From a virus (taxonomy: Duplodnaviria; Caudoviricetes), in IMG/VR virus record IMGVR_UViG_3300021225_000313, positions 1 through 53,639 of that record: a DNA stretch of 53,639 nt. One strand, 5' to 3'. The stretch's first letter is position 1, and each line of letters opens with the position of its first letter. Of this stretch, positions 40,805 through 50,301 are shown piece after piece. The notes beneath the pieces are model-generated. The model saw only the letters and a list, made by a program, of their open reading frames with translations. It ran no database searches and was not told the DNA's origin. The position numbers were made by a program, and so were the translations under genes.

Positions 40805-40924
40805 ATGACTGAATATGGACCCACCTTCGACATCATTGTGACAATCGTTGAAATTGTTTTGGGGGTTGTCGGACTTTATTGTTTCTATCTAATAGACAAA
40901 GAATTGAAAAAAATATACAGATAA
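40805..40924 (+). CDS. 39-aa membrane protein absent from the ORF track
   Basis: MTEYGPTFDIIVTIVEIVLGVVGLYCFYLIDKELKKIYR, directly after the promoter. Confidence 0.6.
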   Translation: MTEYGPTFDIIVTIVEIVLGVVGLYCFYLIDKELKKIYR

Positions 40925-40953
40925 TTGAAAAATTAAAATTAAATTCATATATT

Positions 40954-41091
40954 ATGAAAAAAATAATCTTTTTGTTTTTTATTTCCTTTGTTTTTTCATC
41001 GTGTCTTACAACAATGACAAGGGTTGGGAATTGTAAATATTATTACCGACCTTCAATGAAGGATAAAAAATGGAGACATTTAAGTTATTAA
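40954..41091 (+). CDS. small putative lipoprotein
   Basis: MKKIIFLFFISFVFSSC lipobox-like signal. Confidence 0.6.
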   Translation: MKKIIFLFFISFVFSSCLTTMTRVGNCKYYYRPSMKDKKWRHLSY

Positions 41092-41092
41092 C

Positions 41093-41440
41093 ATGGATAA
41101 ATTTACATCAAGTGGTTACGTCTATGGACTTGACCAAAACGGGGATGAAACGACCCGTTTGACCCCTAATTTTGAGTCTGACAATTATGACGACCTAATC
41201 CTTCAAATAAACGAAAGTCTTGAAAATGGAACCCTAATAAAAGAAGGTACTCTTCAAAAGTTCCTTGGCGCGGTTATGTACATCGAATCGACCAAACAAG
41301 GGGAAGACGGGAAAACAAACTTCATAAGTAATTACGTAGAATTTGGAGAATTGACAGAATCCCAATCAGACATAATTTATGAACAGATTTTCAAAGAAAT
41401 GTTTGACGGTTGGGATGACCCTGCCAATGAAATACTATAA
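41093..41440 (+). CDS. early-type hypothetical protein
   Basis: Its only two Ala codons lie in or abut GCCAANGAA motif copies. Confidence 0.7.
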   Translation: MDKFTSSGYVYGLDQNGDETTRLTPNFESDNYDDLILQINESLENGTLIKEGTLQKFLGAVMYIESTKQGEDGKTNFISNYVEFGELTESQSDIIYEQIFKEMFDGWDDPANEIL

Positions 41441-41497
41441 AAATAATTCGTCCAAAATTTGGTAGTTTCAAATGTGTGATATATCTTTGTATTCTAA

Positions 41498-41887
41498 ATG
41501 AAACGACAGATGAACACTATCAAGAACATGATGGACAAAGGACAGAAACTGTTTCAGAACCTGTACGTGGAATTTCAGGGGGAAGACATTGTGTCTTTCA
41601 ATGTAATCCCAAGTGATTCATCCCTTGACCTTCAAACGGTTAAGTCAATCGTATCCGACTTGAAGGAACAAAAAATGTTTACCCTTCAGGAAGATGTCCC
41701 CCACATGGAATTAGGGGTATCGATTGAAAGAACCACACATTTCTCGAAATCCCCGTCCTATATCATTGAAACCTTTCACGTCAATTTGGAAGACATGGAC
41801 GATGAATATGGATTCAAAAGAAATTTGAACGTTCCGAAACCCCTTAATGAGTTCATCGGGGTGGACGAACCCGTTACGACTGTGTGA
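41498..41887 (+). CDS. early-type hypothetical protein (paralog of 48108-48506)
   Basis: Shared DVPxMExGV, IETFHxNL and DDxxGFxRNxNxPKPL; start may be 41510. Confidence 0.8.
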   Translation: MKRQMNTIKNMMDKGQKLFQNLYVEFQGEDIVSFNVIPSDSSLDLQTVKSIVSDLKEQKMFTLQEDVPHMELGVSIERTTHFSKSPSYIIETFHVNLEDMDDEYGFKRNLNVPKPLNEFIGVDEPVTTV

Positions 41888-42035
41888 TTATGTTTGTAAA
41901 ACCCTGATGTTTCTACATCGGGGTTTTTTCTTTCCCTTACCCAACCTCGCCAAAGAAATTTGGTAAAATAAATCTTGTTCAAAATTTGGTGGATTGGTAT
42001 AACTAACATATCTTTGTATTCTAAACAACAAACAA

Positions 42036-42380
42036 ATGACACAGTACGAAATTTGTATTACCGTTCAGTCAATTCTGAAACGTGAATTTGATGTAAAAGA
42101 AACGGTTGAACTTCTGAAAAAGTCCAAAGGTGTTTTCACCTATTTCTCATGGGGTGTGTCCAAAATGATTAACGTAAATAACAAGGGATTGTTATTGAAA
42201 GTGTCAGGACATCATCACAAAGGGTGGGTGTTGGTTACCCTCAATTATTCGGATTATTATGACGTACACATCATATCCAACAAAGGAGAGGTGAAGGACG
42301 AATTTACGGATATCTTTTTCACTGATTTGTGTGAAACGATTGATAACCGTATCGAAAGAATACCGATGTATAGAGATTGA
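42036..42380 (+). CDS. early-type hypothetical protein
   Basis: Unit architecture; no Ala. Confidence 0.75.
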   Translation: MTQYEICITVQSILKREFDVKETVELLKKSKGVFTYFSWGVSKMINVNNKGLLLKVSGHHHKGWVLVTLNYSDYYDVHIISNKGEVKDEFTDIFFTDLCETIDNRIERIPMYRD

Positions 42381-42523
42381 TTCATGGTGTGATTTAGATG
42401 GTGACCCCGACCCAAAAGGTTGGGGTTCTTCATTTGGTGTCACATCTCGCCAAAGAAATTTCCCAAAATATTGGGTTGTACTTCTCAATATTCCGTTTTA
42501 TCTTGTTGAAAATTAAATATCTT

Positions 42524-42652
42524 ATGACAAAGGAAATGATTTTAACAAAGATTAACCAAGAAAAAAAGATTGTAAGACGGTTGTGGAATTTATTTATATG
42601 TGTTTCCGTGTTTGTCTTGTTTTTCTTTTTATCTTTAATTATATTATCATAG
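42524..42652 (+). CDS. small membrane protein
   Basis: Start trimmed to MTKEMIL; C-terminal TM helix; degenerate promoter. Confidence 0.55.
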   Translation: MTKEMILTKINQEKKIVRRLWNLFICVSVFVLFFFLSLIILS

Positions 42653-42799
42653 GGTGTTAAGTTTGGAATCCCCTGGTGTGTCTACATCGGGGGAATTTTT
42701 TTGTCATACCCCGCCAAGGAAATTCCATGAAAAATAAATGAATTAAAATTTGGTAGTTTCAAATGTCTTACATATCTTTGTATTCTAAATCAATAACAC

Positions 42800-43000
42800 A
42801 TGATTGAAGTTTCAAGAAAGTCAGACCTCACGGGAAAGATGAACGTCATGACACTCAACACCACCAAGGAACAACTGAATCGGTATTACAACGGTGAAGG
42901 TCTTGTTCAGACTTTATTCCCACATCTCACTGTTGAGGAAAGGGAGTTCCTCAAGACGGGTATCACACCAAAGGAATGGAAAGATATGTTTGGGGAGTAA
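42800..43000 (+). CDS. small phage protein
   Basis: FPHLTVEEREFLKTGITPKEW motif; unit architecture. Confidence 0.75.
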   Translation: MIEVSRKSDLTGKMNVMTLNTTKEQLNRYYNGEGLVQTLFPHLTVEEREFLKTGITPKEWKDMFGE

Positions 43001-43117
43001 CAATCCCCTTTTTTTTTACCTTGTCATAACCTGCCAAAGAAATTTCTGAAAATAAATTGAAATTAAATTTGGTAGTATCAAATAATTGTTTTATTTTTGT
43101 GTTCTAAATCACACACC

Positions 43118-43357
43118 ATGACAACAATTAATGAAATCTTGTTAAACTTTAAAGAAGTAAAAATTCAAGAAGATGTTCACGAAATAGAGTTAAAGGGTTC
43201 ATTTTTATGGAACCACCGACATAACTATGGTGGATTTTTCAACTATGGAAATGAAAGAGGTTTATCTATTGATAATATTTGGATAACTTCTGAAACAGGG
43301 GATTGTCTATATGACCATATAACTATTAATGGATTTAAAGTTTACAAACAAAAGTAA
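43118..43357 (+). CDS. early-type hypothetical protein
   Basis: Start trimmed to MTTINE. Confidence 0.7.
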   Translation: MTTINEILLNFKEVKIQEDVHEIELKGSFLWNHRHNYGGFFNYGNERGLSIDNIWITSETGDCLYDHITINGFKVYKQK

Positions 43358-43429
43358 ATACAAAATATTCCATTCTTAATTTGGTAGTATCAAATAATTG
43401 TTTTATTTTTGTGTTCTAAATCAAATGAC

Positions 43430-43636
43430 ATGGAACTAAACACAAAGGAAAAAGTTAAAGAACACGTTGAATTTGAATTTGAACAAATGTTGGTTAAAGT
43501 GTACGAATCCAACAATGTTACAACGGGGGACATTTTACCCCATCAACATCTTCAATGGGAAGATTTGATTGAGAAAACGACAAACCTGTTCATGGAATTG
43601 TTGAACCAAAATAAAGAAATCGAAAAGGAGGTTTAA
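43430..43636 (+). CDS. early-type hypothetical protein
   Basis: Start trimmed to MELNTK; own promoter without the upstream motif. Confidence 0.7.
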   Translation: MELNTKEKVKEHVEFEFEQMLVKVYESNNVTTGDILPHQHLQWEDLIEKTTNLFMELLNQNKEIEKEV

Positions 43637-43743
43637 CCCTCCTTTTTTTATGACCTGCCAAAGAAATTTCTGAAAATAAATTGAAATTAAATTTGGTGGT
43701 TTCAAATGTTCTTTATATCTTTGAGTTCTAAATCAATCACACC

Positions 43744-44019
43744 ATGGGTATCAGAATCAGGAATCATTGGATTATCCCGACCGTCCACAACTTTGACGTA
43801 AAGTACAATGACTGTTCTTTGTCCGTTAAAGTGACCGTGGACGAAACAAAGGAAAGTTTCGAAACGTCTCTGAACTATGTTTTGGAGGGTTCTTTGACGG
43901 AAACCGAAATTGACGAGGTTCTTTCATATGTCCGAAAGAAAATCATGGATAACGAAAACCTTTTACCCACCTTCATTCCGATTGAAACCGTGGATGTGGA
44001 TGGATGTGAAGTGTTCTAA
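43744..44019 (+). CDS. early-type hypothetical protein
   Basis: Unit architecture; no Ala. Confidence 0.7.
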   Translation: MGIRIRNHWIIPTVHNFDVKYNDCSLSVKVTVDETKESFETSLNYVLEGSLTETEIDEVLSYVRKKIMDNENLLPTFIPIETVDVDGCEVF

Positions 44020-44150
44020 AAGAAGGGGAGAAATCCCCTTTTTTTCTTTTTTGTCCGTACCCTGCCAACGAACATTCCCAAAATAAATTCCTCCAAAATT
44101 TGGTGGAATGAAAATTAGGTTATATCTTTGTATCCTAAATCAAACATACC

Positions 44151-44660
44151 ATGATTATCACATCCGATTTTTCGAAGATTATTTCCACACCCGAACTGAA
44201 AGACAGTGTACGTGAAAAAATTTCCGAAGGTGAAGAGGTATTGAGTTTTTCATATACCGATTACGGTGGTGACTTTTTTGATAAAGTAGGAATCGAATAT
44301 TTTATCAAACATTATCCTGATAATATTGTATGGGAACATACAATCTATTCGGGAAAGAATGGAATCATTTTCGGTGACGTGGTGAAAGAATTTAAGGAAG
44401 AATATGAATCCTATCCTTTGGGATTTGATGACATTGAATCCTTTTATTACGAAATGACCAATGAAGTTGAACATGAAGACTTTACACGGTTCATTGAAGA
44501 CATAAAAAGTAAATATGTTGTCTCCGATGAATGTATGAATTGGTTAATCGATAATAAGAGTGGATATTATTCCATCACGACACAAGGGTTGGATTTTTGT
44601 TACTCTGACCTGATTAAAGAATTGGAATCGGAAGGATTGGTAACAAAAATTGAAGATTGA
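44151..44660 (+). CDS. early-type hypothetical protein
   Basis: 169 aa, no Ala; GAAA-loop terminator follows. Confidence 0.8.
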   Translation: MIITSDFSKIISTPELKDSVREKISEGEEVLSFSYTDYGGDFFDKVGIEYFIKHYPDNIVWEHTIYSGKNGIIFGDVVKEFKEEYESYPLGFDDIESFYYEMTNEVEHEDFTRFIEDIKSKYVVSDECMNWLIDNKSGYYSITTQGLDFCYSDLIKELESEGLVTKIED

Positions 44661-44798
44661 TAGACAGACCCGACCGAAAGGTTGGGTTTTTTTTTGTCTT
44701 ACATCCAATCCCGCCAAAGAAAATTGTGAAAATAAATTCAATTAAAATTTGGTAGTTTCAAATGTCTTACATACCTTTGTTTTCTAAATCAAACGAAC

Positions 44799-45002
44799 AT
44801 GATTATCGAACTTAATTCAGTAGGAAGTGTTGTGGATGACCAAACGTTGATGGTGTATCCCAAAAGACAAGATGGTACTATTGAGTACGGTGTGAACGGT
44901 GTACCCCTGATGGAAACCTGTGATGAATGGGTTGAATCCTTGGACGGGGATGACATCTTTACCGTAATGAAGTTGATTGAATCGGAAACAAAAAAGGGTT
45001 AA
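44799..45002 (+). CDS. early-type hypothetical protein
   Basis: Unit architecture; no Ala. Confidence 0.7.
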   Translation: MIIELNSVGSVVDDQTLMVYPKRQDGTIEYGVNGVPLMETCDEWVESLDGDDIFTVMKLIESETKKG

Positions 45003-45120
45003 CCCCCTTTTTTTTGTGTCTTACATAAACCTGCCAACGAACATTCCCAAAATAAATCCCGTATAATTTTTGGTATATTCAAATATTCGTATTACCTTTG
45101 AGTTCTAAATCACACACATC

Positions 45121-45384
45121 ATGGGTAACGTTCAAGTTTGTATCCTTAATAATGAGTCCGTTAATGACGTTGAACTCGAAAAATTCGTGATTGATGTCAA
45201 ATATAAGGACATTCACGACATTGTAAATAAGGTGGATGAATATTGTGATGAATATGAATTGGTGGATACATACGTCTATATTATTTCCGATGACTTTACA
45301 CGGGACGAAATAAATTACTTGGAAGATTATTGGGTATTCGTACACAGAACGGATGAAGAAGTTCGTTCAAAAATGTTTGCATAA
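45121..45384 (+). CDS. acidic early-type hypothetical protein
   Basis: Promoter upstream; single Ala as the last residue. Confidence 0.7.
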   Translation: MGNVQVCILNNESVNDVELEKFVIDVKYKDIHDIVNKVDEYCDEYELVDTYVYIISDDFTRDEINYLEDYWVFVHRTDEEVRSKMFA

Positions 45385-45439
45385 TATTTTTGTAGTCTAA
45401 AAAATCTATTATATTTTTACATTCAAAATCCACAACACC

Positions 45440-45946
45440 ATGTTACAGTCTATTGAAGAATTTATGACCCTTCATTCCAAACTGATTCAAAAGATGTTTC
45501 AAGACCTTGGAGAAATCAGACCTTTTTTGGTTCTGATGGGGGATAACGAAAAAGATTGTCAGGTAAAACCTGTTATCATTCCGACCATGTTTTTTGAAAC
45601 CGAAATCGGGAAAACATTTGTAAAATCTGTCATACTGAAAAAAGAAATTGACGAATTGAAAACTGATGGGTATGAATTGAGGTGTGTTTCATTCAGTTCA
45701 GAATGTTGGATGAAAAAAATCGTTGTGAACAAAGAAGGGATAAAAGTTGAAAAAGACATTGAAGTTGTTGTGGTGTCATACGAAATGAAAGGAGATTCGT
45801 TATTTCAAGTTTACGAAATCAAACGTAACATGAATATAACTGAAAACGGGTTGGAAGAAAAACCGACATTGGAATTGTGTGAAACAATATCGAATAACAA
45901 AAATGTTCACTTTGAAGGGATGATGACAAAACTATTCCAAGAGTAA
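45440..45946 (+). CDS. early-type hypothetical protein
   Basis: 168 aa, no Ala; weak similarity to 46087-46518. Confidence 0.75.
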   Translation: MLQSIEEFMTLHSKLIQKMFQDLGEIRPFLVLMGDNEKDCQVKPVIIPTMFFETEIGKTFVKSVILKKEIDELKTDGYELRCVSFSSECWMKKIVVNKEGIKVEKDIEVVVVSYEMKGDSLFQVYEIKRNMNITENGLEEKPTLELCETISNNKNVHFEGMMTKLFQE

Positions 45947-46086
45947 TACAAGAGGGGGGAGAAATCCTCCCTTTTTTTTGTCCACGTATTACCTGCCAAA
46001 GAATATTCGTGTCATATACACATCTCAAAATTTGGTAGAATCAATATATTGTAATACCTTTGTACCCACAAATAAAATAAAATTAA

Positions 46087-46518
46087 ATGTATCAAGTTCT
46101 GAAAAAAGTTGTTGAGAAACAAGTCATTCAAGAGTATCGAAAGAATGGAGTGGTGAAGAACAAGGTAATTCTCTTGGCACTTGATGAAGACGATACGATA
46201 TCCTTCTGTCATAAAGATTTACCAAAAAATGATGGAAGTAATGACGATGAATTTTTCGATAAGTTTGTGAAGACACAAAAGATTATCGACAAACTTGTTG
46301 TGAAGGTCTCAGAGGACGGTTATCGGGTTAAAACGATGGTGGTGGTAGATTATCATGAATCGGACACAGACGACTATATAAGTCTCTCATTTAAGTCAGG
46401 GAAGGGGTTCCAAAATGTGGTGAATATAAATTACTACATCCAAAAAACTCCCACGATGATATCGGATGATGGTGTGATGGTGGTCAGTCAACCAACATTA
46501 ATTGAAGTGTCAGAATAA
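46087..46518 (+). CDS. early-type hypothetical protein
   Basis: 143 aa; sole Ala lies in a TTGGCA variant motif. Confidence 0.75.
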   Translation: MYQVLKKVVEKQVIQEYRKNGVVKNKVILLALDEDDTISFCHKDLPKNDGSNDDEFFDKFVKTQKIIDKLVVKVSEDGYRVKTMVVVDYHESDTDDYISLSFKSGKGFQNVVNINYYIQKTPTMISDDGVMVVSQPTLIEVSE

Positions 46519-46657
46519 ATATAAATTCCCCAATAAAACGGGGAATTTTTTTTAAATATATTCACGGTGCCAAAGAATATATTAATAAAATAAGTACAAA
46601 AATATTTGGTAGTCTCAAATATCCATTATATCTTTGTATTCACAAAAAACAAAAACT

Positions 46658-46858
46658 ATGTTGGTAAAAGATGTAATCAAAGAACTGAAAAATGTTAGTC
46701 ACATTTATTCTTATGTGAAGTTCAACAAGAATCACGGTGAGTACGTGAGGGTGATGAAAATCGAACTCCTCAACGAAATCCTGAAGAACATGGATGAAAA
46801 CTCAAAAATCAAATGTGAGATTGATACCGAACAAGGGGTAGCCTACATCGGTGGATAA
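46658..46858 (+). CDS. early-type hypothetical protein
   Basis: Start trimmed to MLVKDV. Confidence 0.7.
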   Translation: MLVKDVIKELKNVSHIYSYVKFNKNHGEYVRVMKIELLNEILKNMDENSKIKCEIDTEQGVAYIGG

Positions 46859-46995
46859 GATAAATTCCCCTGACCGAAAGGTCGGGGGTTTTTATTTCCC
46901 CTCCAACCTGCCAAAGAAGATTAAAAAAATAAATCTGAAATAAATTTGGTAGTATCAAATGTCTGTTTTATCTTTGTATCCTAAATCAAAACAAA

Positions 46996-47517
46996 ATGAG
47001 TAGAATTAAATTAAAAAACATCAAGTTTTCGGAGTGGAATTCTGAAGAGACAAATTGTTTTCAGGCAGACATCTACTTCGACAATAAAAAGGTAGGGTTT
47101 TGTTCCAACGATGGACATGGTGGTAGTACATATTGTCAATGGATTGGTGTGGAAACCAAAGATAAGTTCATAGAGATGGAAGAATATTGTAAGACACTAC
47201 CTGACATTGTGTACAAGAATGAGGGACGTGAGGACTTCATAATGAAGAGTGATTTGGAGAACGTAGTGGATACGTTATTTGAAGAGTGGTTGGAACAAAA
47301 GAATAAGAAGAAGATGGAGAAGTACTTTGAGAAAGGTGTATGTTTCGGTACAAAAAACCAATACAGAATCAGTTCGTTCAAAAGTGGAGGTAAATTAATT
47401 ACAATTAGTCAGTTATGTGAGAGTATAGTTGGTCGGACTATGTTAGAGAAACATTGTGAGAGTTTGAAAAAACAAGGACACATCATCCTCAATACCAATC
47501 TTCCATTCAAAGTGTAA
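46996..47517 (+). CDS. early-type hypothetical protein
   Basis: SEETNCFQAD...NDGHGG motif; one Ala in 173 aa. Confidence 0.8.
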   Translation: MSRIKLKNIKFSEWNSEETNCFQADIYFDNKKVGFCSNDGHGGSTYCQWIGVETKDKFIEMEEYCKTLPDIVYKNEGREDFIMKSDLENVVDTLFEEWLEQKNKKKMEKYFEKGVCFGTKNQYRISSFKSGGKLITISQLCESIVGRTMLEKHCESLKKQGHIILNTNLPFKV

Positions 47518-47640
47518 GAAAAGGGGAACCACCCCTTTTTTTGTTACACAACCTGCCAACGAACATTATTCAAAAATACTTGGTCTAATATTTGGTAGTA
47601 TCAAATATCTGTTTTATCTTTGTATCCTAAATCAAAACAT

Positions 47641-48000
47641 ATGACAGACATTTTCAAATCAGTGAACGAAAGTATTTTCAAAGGGGTAAAAGGAATATCG
47701 TGGTACGATAAGGACGGTATCATGAATTTGGATGAAACAAGGTATGTTCGTTTTCTCCTTGACGATATCGGAACAAAAGACTACTATGTAGGTTATTGGG
47801 TTGAAGTCTACAATAGAAACAATGGATTGATATCCAAAAAGTTTTTCAGGTTTCAATATCACATGGAATTTATTCATCAACGTGATAATTATTATCACAT
47901 TTGGTATTATCGGGGTAATTTAGAATGGTACATATCAAGACCAAAGGATACCAAACAATATGTTAAAATCCTTATGGACTACATAGAAAAAATAAAATAA
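47641..48000 (+). CDS. early-type hypothetical protein
   Basis: Start trimmed to MTDIFK; no Ala. Confidence 0.75.
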   Translation: MTDIFKSVNESIFKGVKGISWYDKDGIMNLDETRYVRFLLDDIGTKDYYVGYWVEVYNRNNGLISKKFFRFQYHMEFIHQRDNYYHIWYYRGNLEWYISRPKDTKQYVKILMDYIEKIK

Positions 48001-48107
48001 GGGGGAAATCCCCTTTTTTTTATATCCGACCTGCCAAAGAAGATTTAAAAAATAAATTTGGTAAATTCAAATATACATTATATCTTTGTGTCCTAAATCA
48101 ATCGGAA

Positions 48108-48506
48108 ATGAATGTACTGTCAAAAATGTGGTTAGGGTTCAGACTTCCCCATCGTGACCTTGTTCTGACCTTCAAAGGTAAAGAGTTGGTAAATTATCGT
48201 GTGAACGAAAATGGACGGGAAGATTACACTCCCGAATTGGTTCGGGATTTGATTCAGGAACTGATTAAACAAGGTATGATTACCTTCTTTGATGACGTTC
48301 CGAACATGGAAGTGGGTGTACCCATCCATACAATCGGAATTGTCGATGAAGACGACCCCAAAGATGAAATTATGTACATCGAAACGTTCCATCGGAATTT
48401 GGATAACTTGGATGATGATTTTGGTTTTGAAAGGAATGTGAACATCCCCAAACCACTCCATGAGTTTTTGGGATTCCCGAAACCCATCAAAGATTCGGAC
48501 TACTAA
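48108..48506 (+). CDS. early-type hypothetical protein (paralog of 41498-41887)
   Basis: Shared C-terminal motifs; no Ala. Confidence 0.8.
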   Translation: MNVLSKMWLGFRLPHRDLVLTFKGKELVNYRVNENGREDYTPELVRDLIQELIKQGMITFFDDVPNMEVGVPIHTIGIVDEDDPKDEIMYIETFHRNLDNLDDDFGFERNVNIPKPLHEFLGFPKPIKDSDY

Positions 48507-48645
48507 AAGGAACGACCCGACCGAAAGGTTGGGTTTTTTCTTTTTCCCCTACATCGCGCCAAAGAAATTCTCAAAAATAAAATTGAATAAAATTTGGTGG
48601 ATTCAAATATGTCACATATCTTTGTATCCTAAATCAATAACGATT

Positions 48646-49218
48646 ATGGTTACAGATTATCAAGTACAAGAGTCCGTGAATGTTAAAGAAGTAACGACCA
48701 CGGAACTGACCAACATTCTCCTTCAGGTAGGGGTAACGGTTGACCTCAAGTCCGACTTTGTGAATGTAGTGATGGAAACCGAACCTTCCATGAATAAGAC
48801 GGGTAACCCGTTCATCGGGAAGGTGAAAAAACTTTCCTCACGGAACTACAAACTCCTCATGGACTACGAAAAAAGGGTACGTTCCAATGAAAAGAAAGAA
48901 GGGTTGACCCCCGACTTTGTTACAGAGAAACCCAAAGGTAAACATCACATTTCTCCCCTCGTTCTGTTGGACGATAAGACGGAAAGTGTCCACTACCTCA
49001 ATCTTGAGTATTTTGTGGAAGTGAAACCGATTGTGTCCTATTCCTTCAATGACCTTCCCATGACCAAGGAAGATGAGGGATTGATGAAACAATTCTTTGT
49101 AAAGAAGTATCAGAGTCAAAAACAGGAACAGGACAGGAAGGTGGAAGTTATCACACCGAAAATATCGAACATCAAACAGATGTCGATGGGTGGGGTGAAG
49201 TACATCGTCAAAAACTAA
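48646..49218 (+). CDS. early-type hypothetical protein (paralog of 36977-37492)
   Basis: Start trimmed to MVTDYQ; FVNxVxET, MNKTGNP and C-terminal SMxGxKY; no Ala in 190 aa. Confidence 0.8.
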   Translation: MVTDYQVQESVNVKEVTTTELTNILLQVGVTVDLKSDFVNVVMETEPSMNKTGNPFIGKVKKLSSRNYKLLMDYEKRVRSNEKKEGLTPDFVTEKPKGKHHISPLVLLDDKTESVHYLNLEYFVEVKPIVSYSFNDLPMTKEDEGLMKQFFVKKYQSQKQEQDRKVEVITPKISNIKQMSMGGVKYIVKN

Positions 49219-49287
49219 AACAAAGGGGGGTAATTCCCCCTTTTTTTATTATATTTGATTATTCGTTGGCAGTAATACAAAAACAAT

Positions 49288-49632
49288 ATGACCACATTTT
49301 TCTTAATCATCATCATCCTCACCCCATTAATATTCCTTGGCGCGATATGGGATAAATACACAAAACAAAAGGAGGAATTGATGTTCCTACAAAACATAAA
49401 TGAAAGTAATATCGAAATAATCAAACATCAATCCGATTTGATACGTATAAAGGACGAAATGTTAGTCCTCAATACGGAAACGATTAATAGGATGGATAGT
49501 ATGATACAGTCTCAGGAAGACATGATTAAGACCCAAAAGGAAGTAATACAAGAACAGAACGGTATCATTGATTCAAACATAAACCATATCAAGGTACTCG
49601 AAAATATTGTCAAGGTAAACGAATTCAGATGA
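49288..49632 (+). CDS. membrane-anchored coiled-coil protein
   Basis: N-terminal TM helix and 7-residue periodicity; sole Ala abuts a reverse motif copy. Confidence 0.7.
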   Translation: MTTFFLIIIILTPLIFLGAIWDKYTKQKEELMFLQNINESNIEIIKHQSDLIRIKDEMLVLNTETINRMDSMIQSQEDMIKTQKEVIQEQNGIIDSNINHIKVLENIVKVNEFR

Positions 49633-49737
49633 GTTCGTAGTACACGGACATGCCAAAGAAGTTTCCAAAAATAAATCTGATTAAAATTTGGTAGTTTCAA
49701 AAATACATTATATCTTTGTATTCTAAATCAAATTTAT

Positions 49738-50301
49738 ATGGGAGAAGTAATTACAGAAAAGGTTGTCGGTAACCACATTATTCGTACCTTTTATGACGAA
49801 TGTCCTTACAATCCCCGTGAGAACGACAATTTGGGAACAATGGTGTGTTTCCATAGACGTTATTCATTGGGTGATAAACATGACTACGATTCCAATGACT
49901 ACAAAGGTTGGGATGAAATGGAGAAAGCCATTATCAAAAATGAGAATGTCGGGGTTATCCTTCCCTTGTATCTTTATGACCACGGAGGAATAACAATTTC
50001 CACAAGTCCTTTCTCATGTCCATGGGATTCAGGACAAATCGGATTCATATTCATTTCCAAAAAGAAAATGTTGGAAGAATATGGAGGAAAGATTGTAACC
50101 AAAAAACTGAAAGAAAGGGTTGAGGGTTACTTGAAAAATGAAGTGGAGGAATATGACCAATACCTTCGGGGTGAAGTGTACGGTGTGAGGGTATTTGAAA
50201 AGGAATTGGATGAGGACGGGGATGATGTTGAAGTACATTCATGTTGGGGATTCTACTCGGAGGAGGATGCCATTGAGGACGGAATGTGTTATGTAAAATA
50301 G
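49738..50301 (+). CDS. phage hypothetical protein
   Basis: DNLGTMVCFH, LYLYDHGG and CPWDSGQIG; unit architecture. Confidence 0.8.
   Translation: MGEVITEKVVGNHIIRTFYDECPYNPRENDNLGTMVCFHRRYSLGDKHDYDSNDYKGWDEMEKAIIKNENVGVILPLYLYDHGGITISTSPFSCPWDSGQIGFIFISKKKMLEEYGGKIVTKKLKERVEGYLKNEVEEYDQYLRGEVYGVRVFEKELDEDGDDVEVHSCWGFYSEEDAIEDGMCYVK

Noticed and set aside
41261-41275. T5-like nick site (GCGC-containing)
   Set aside because: Only three GCGC instances occur among more than 30 motif copies; the conserved part is GCCAANGAA.
38191-48645. Upstream-extended starts in the track (38191, 39234, 39952, 40290, 42398, 43097, 43409, 46634, 47620, 48460)
   Set aside because: The extensions run through the terminator, motif or promoter; the ATG after the leader is the better start.
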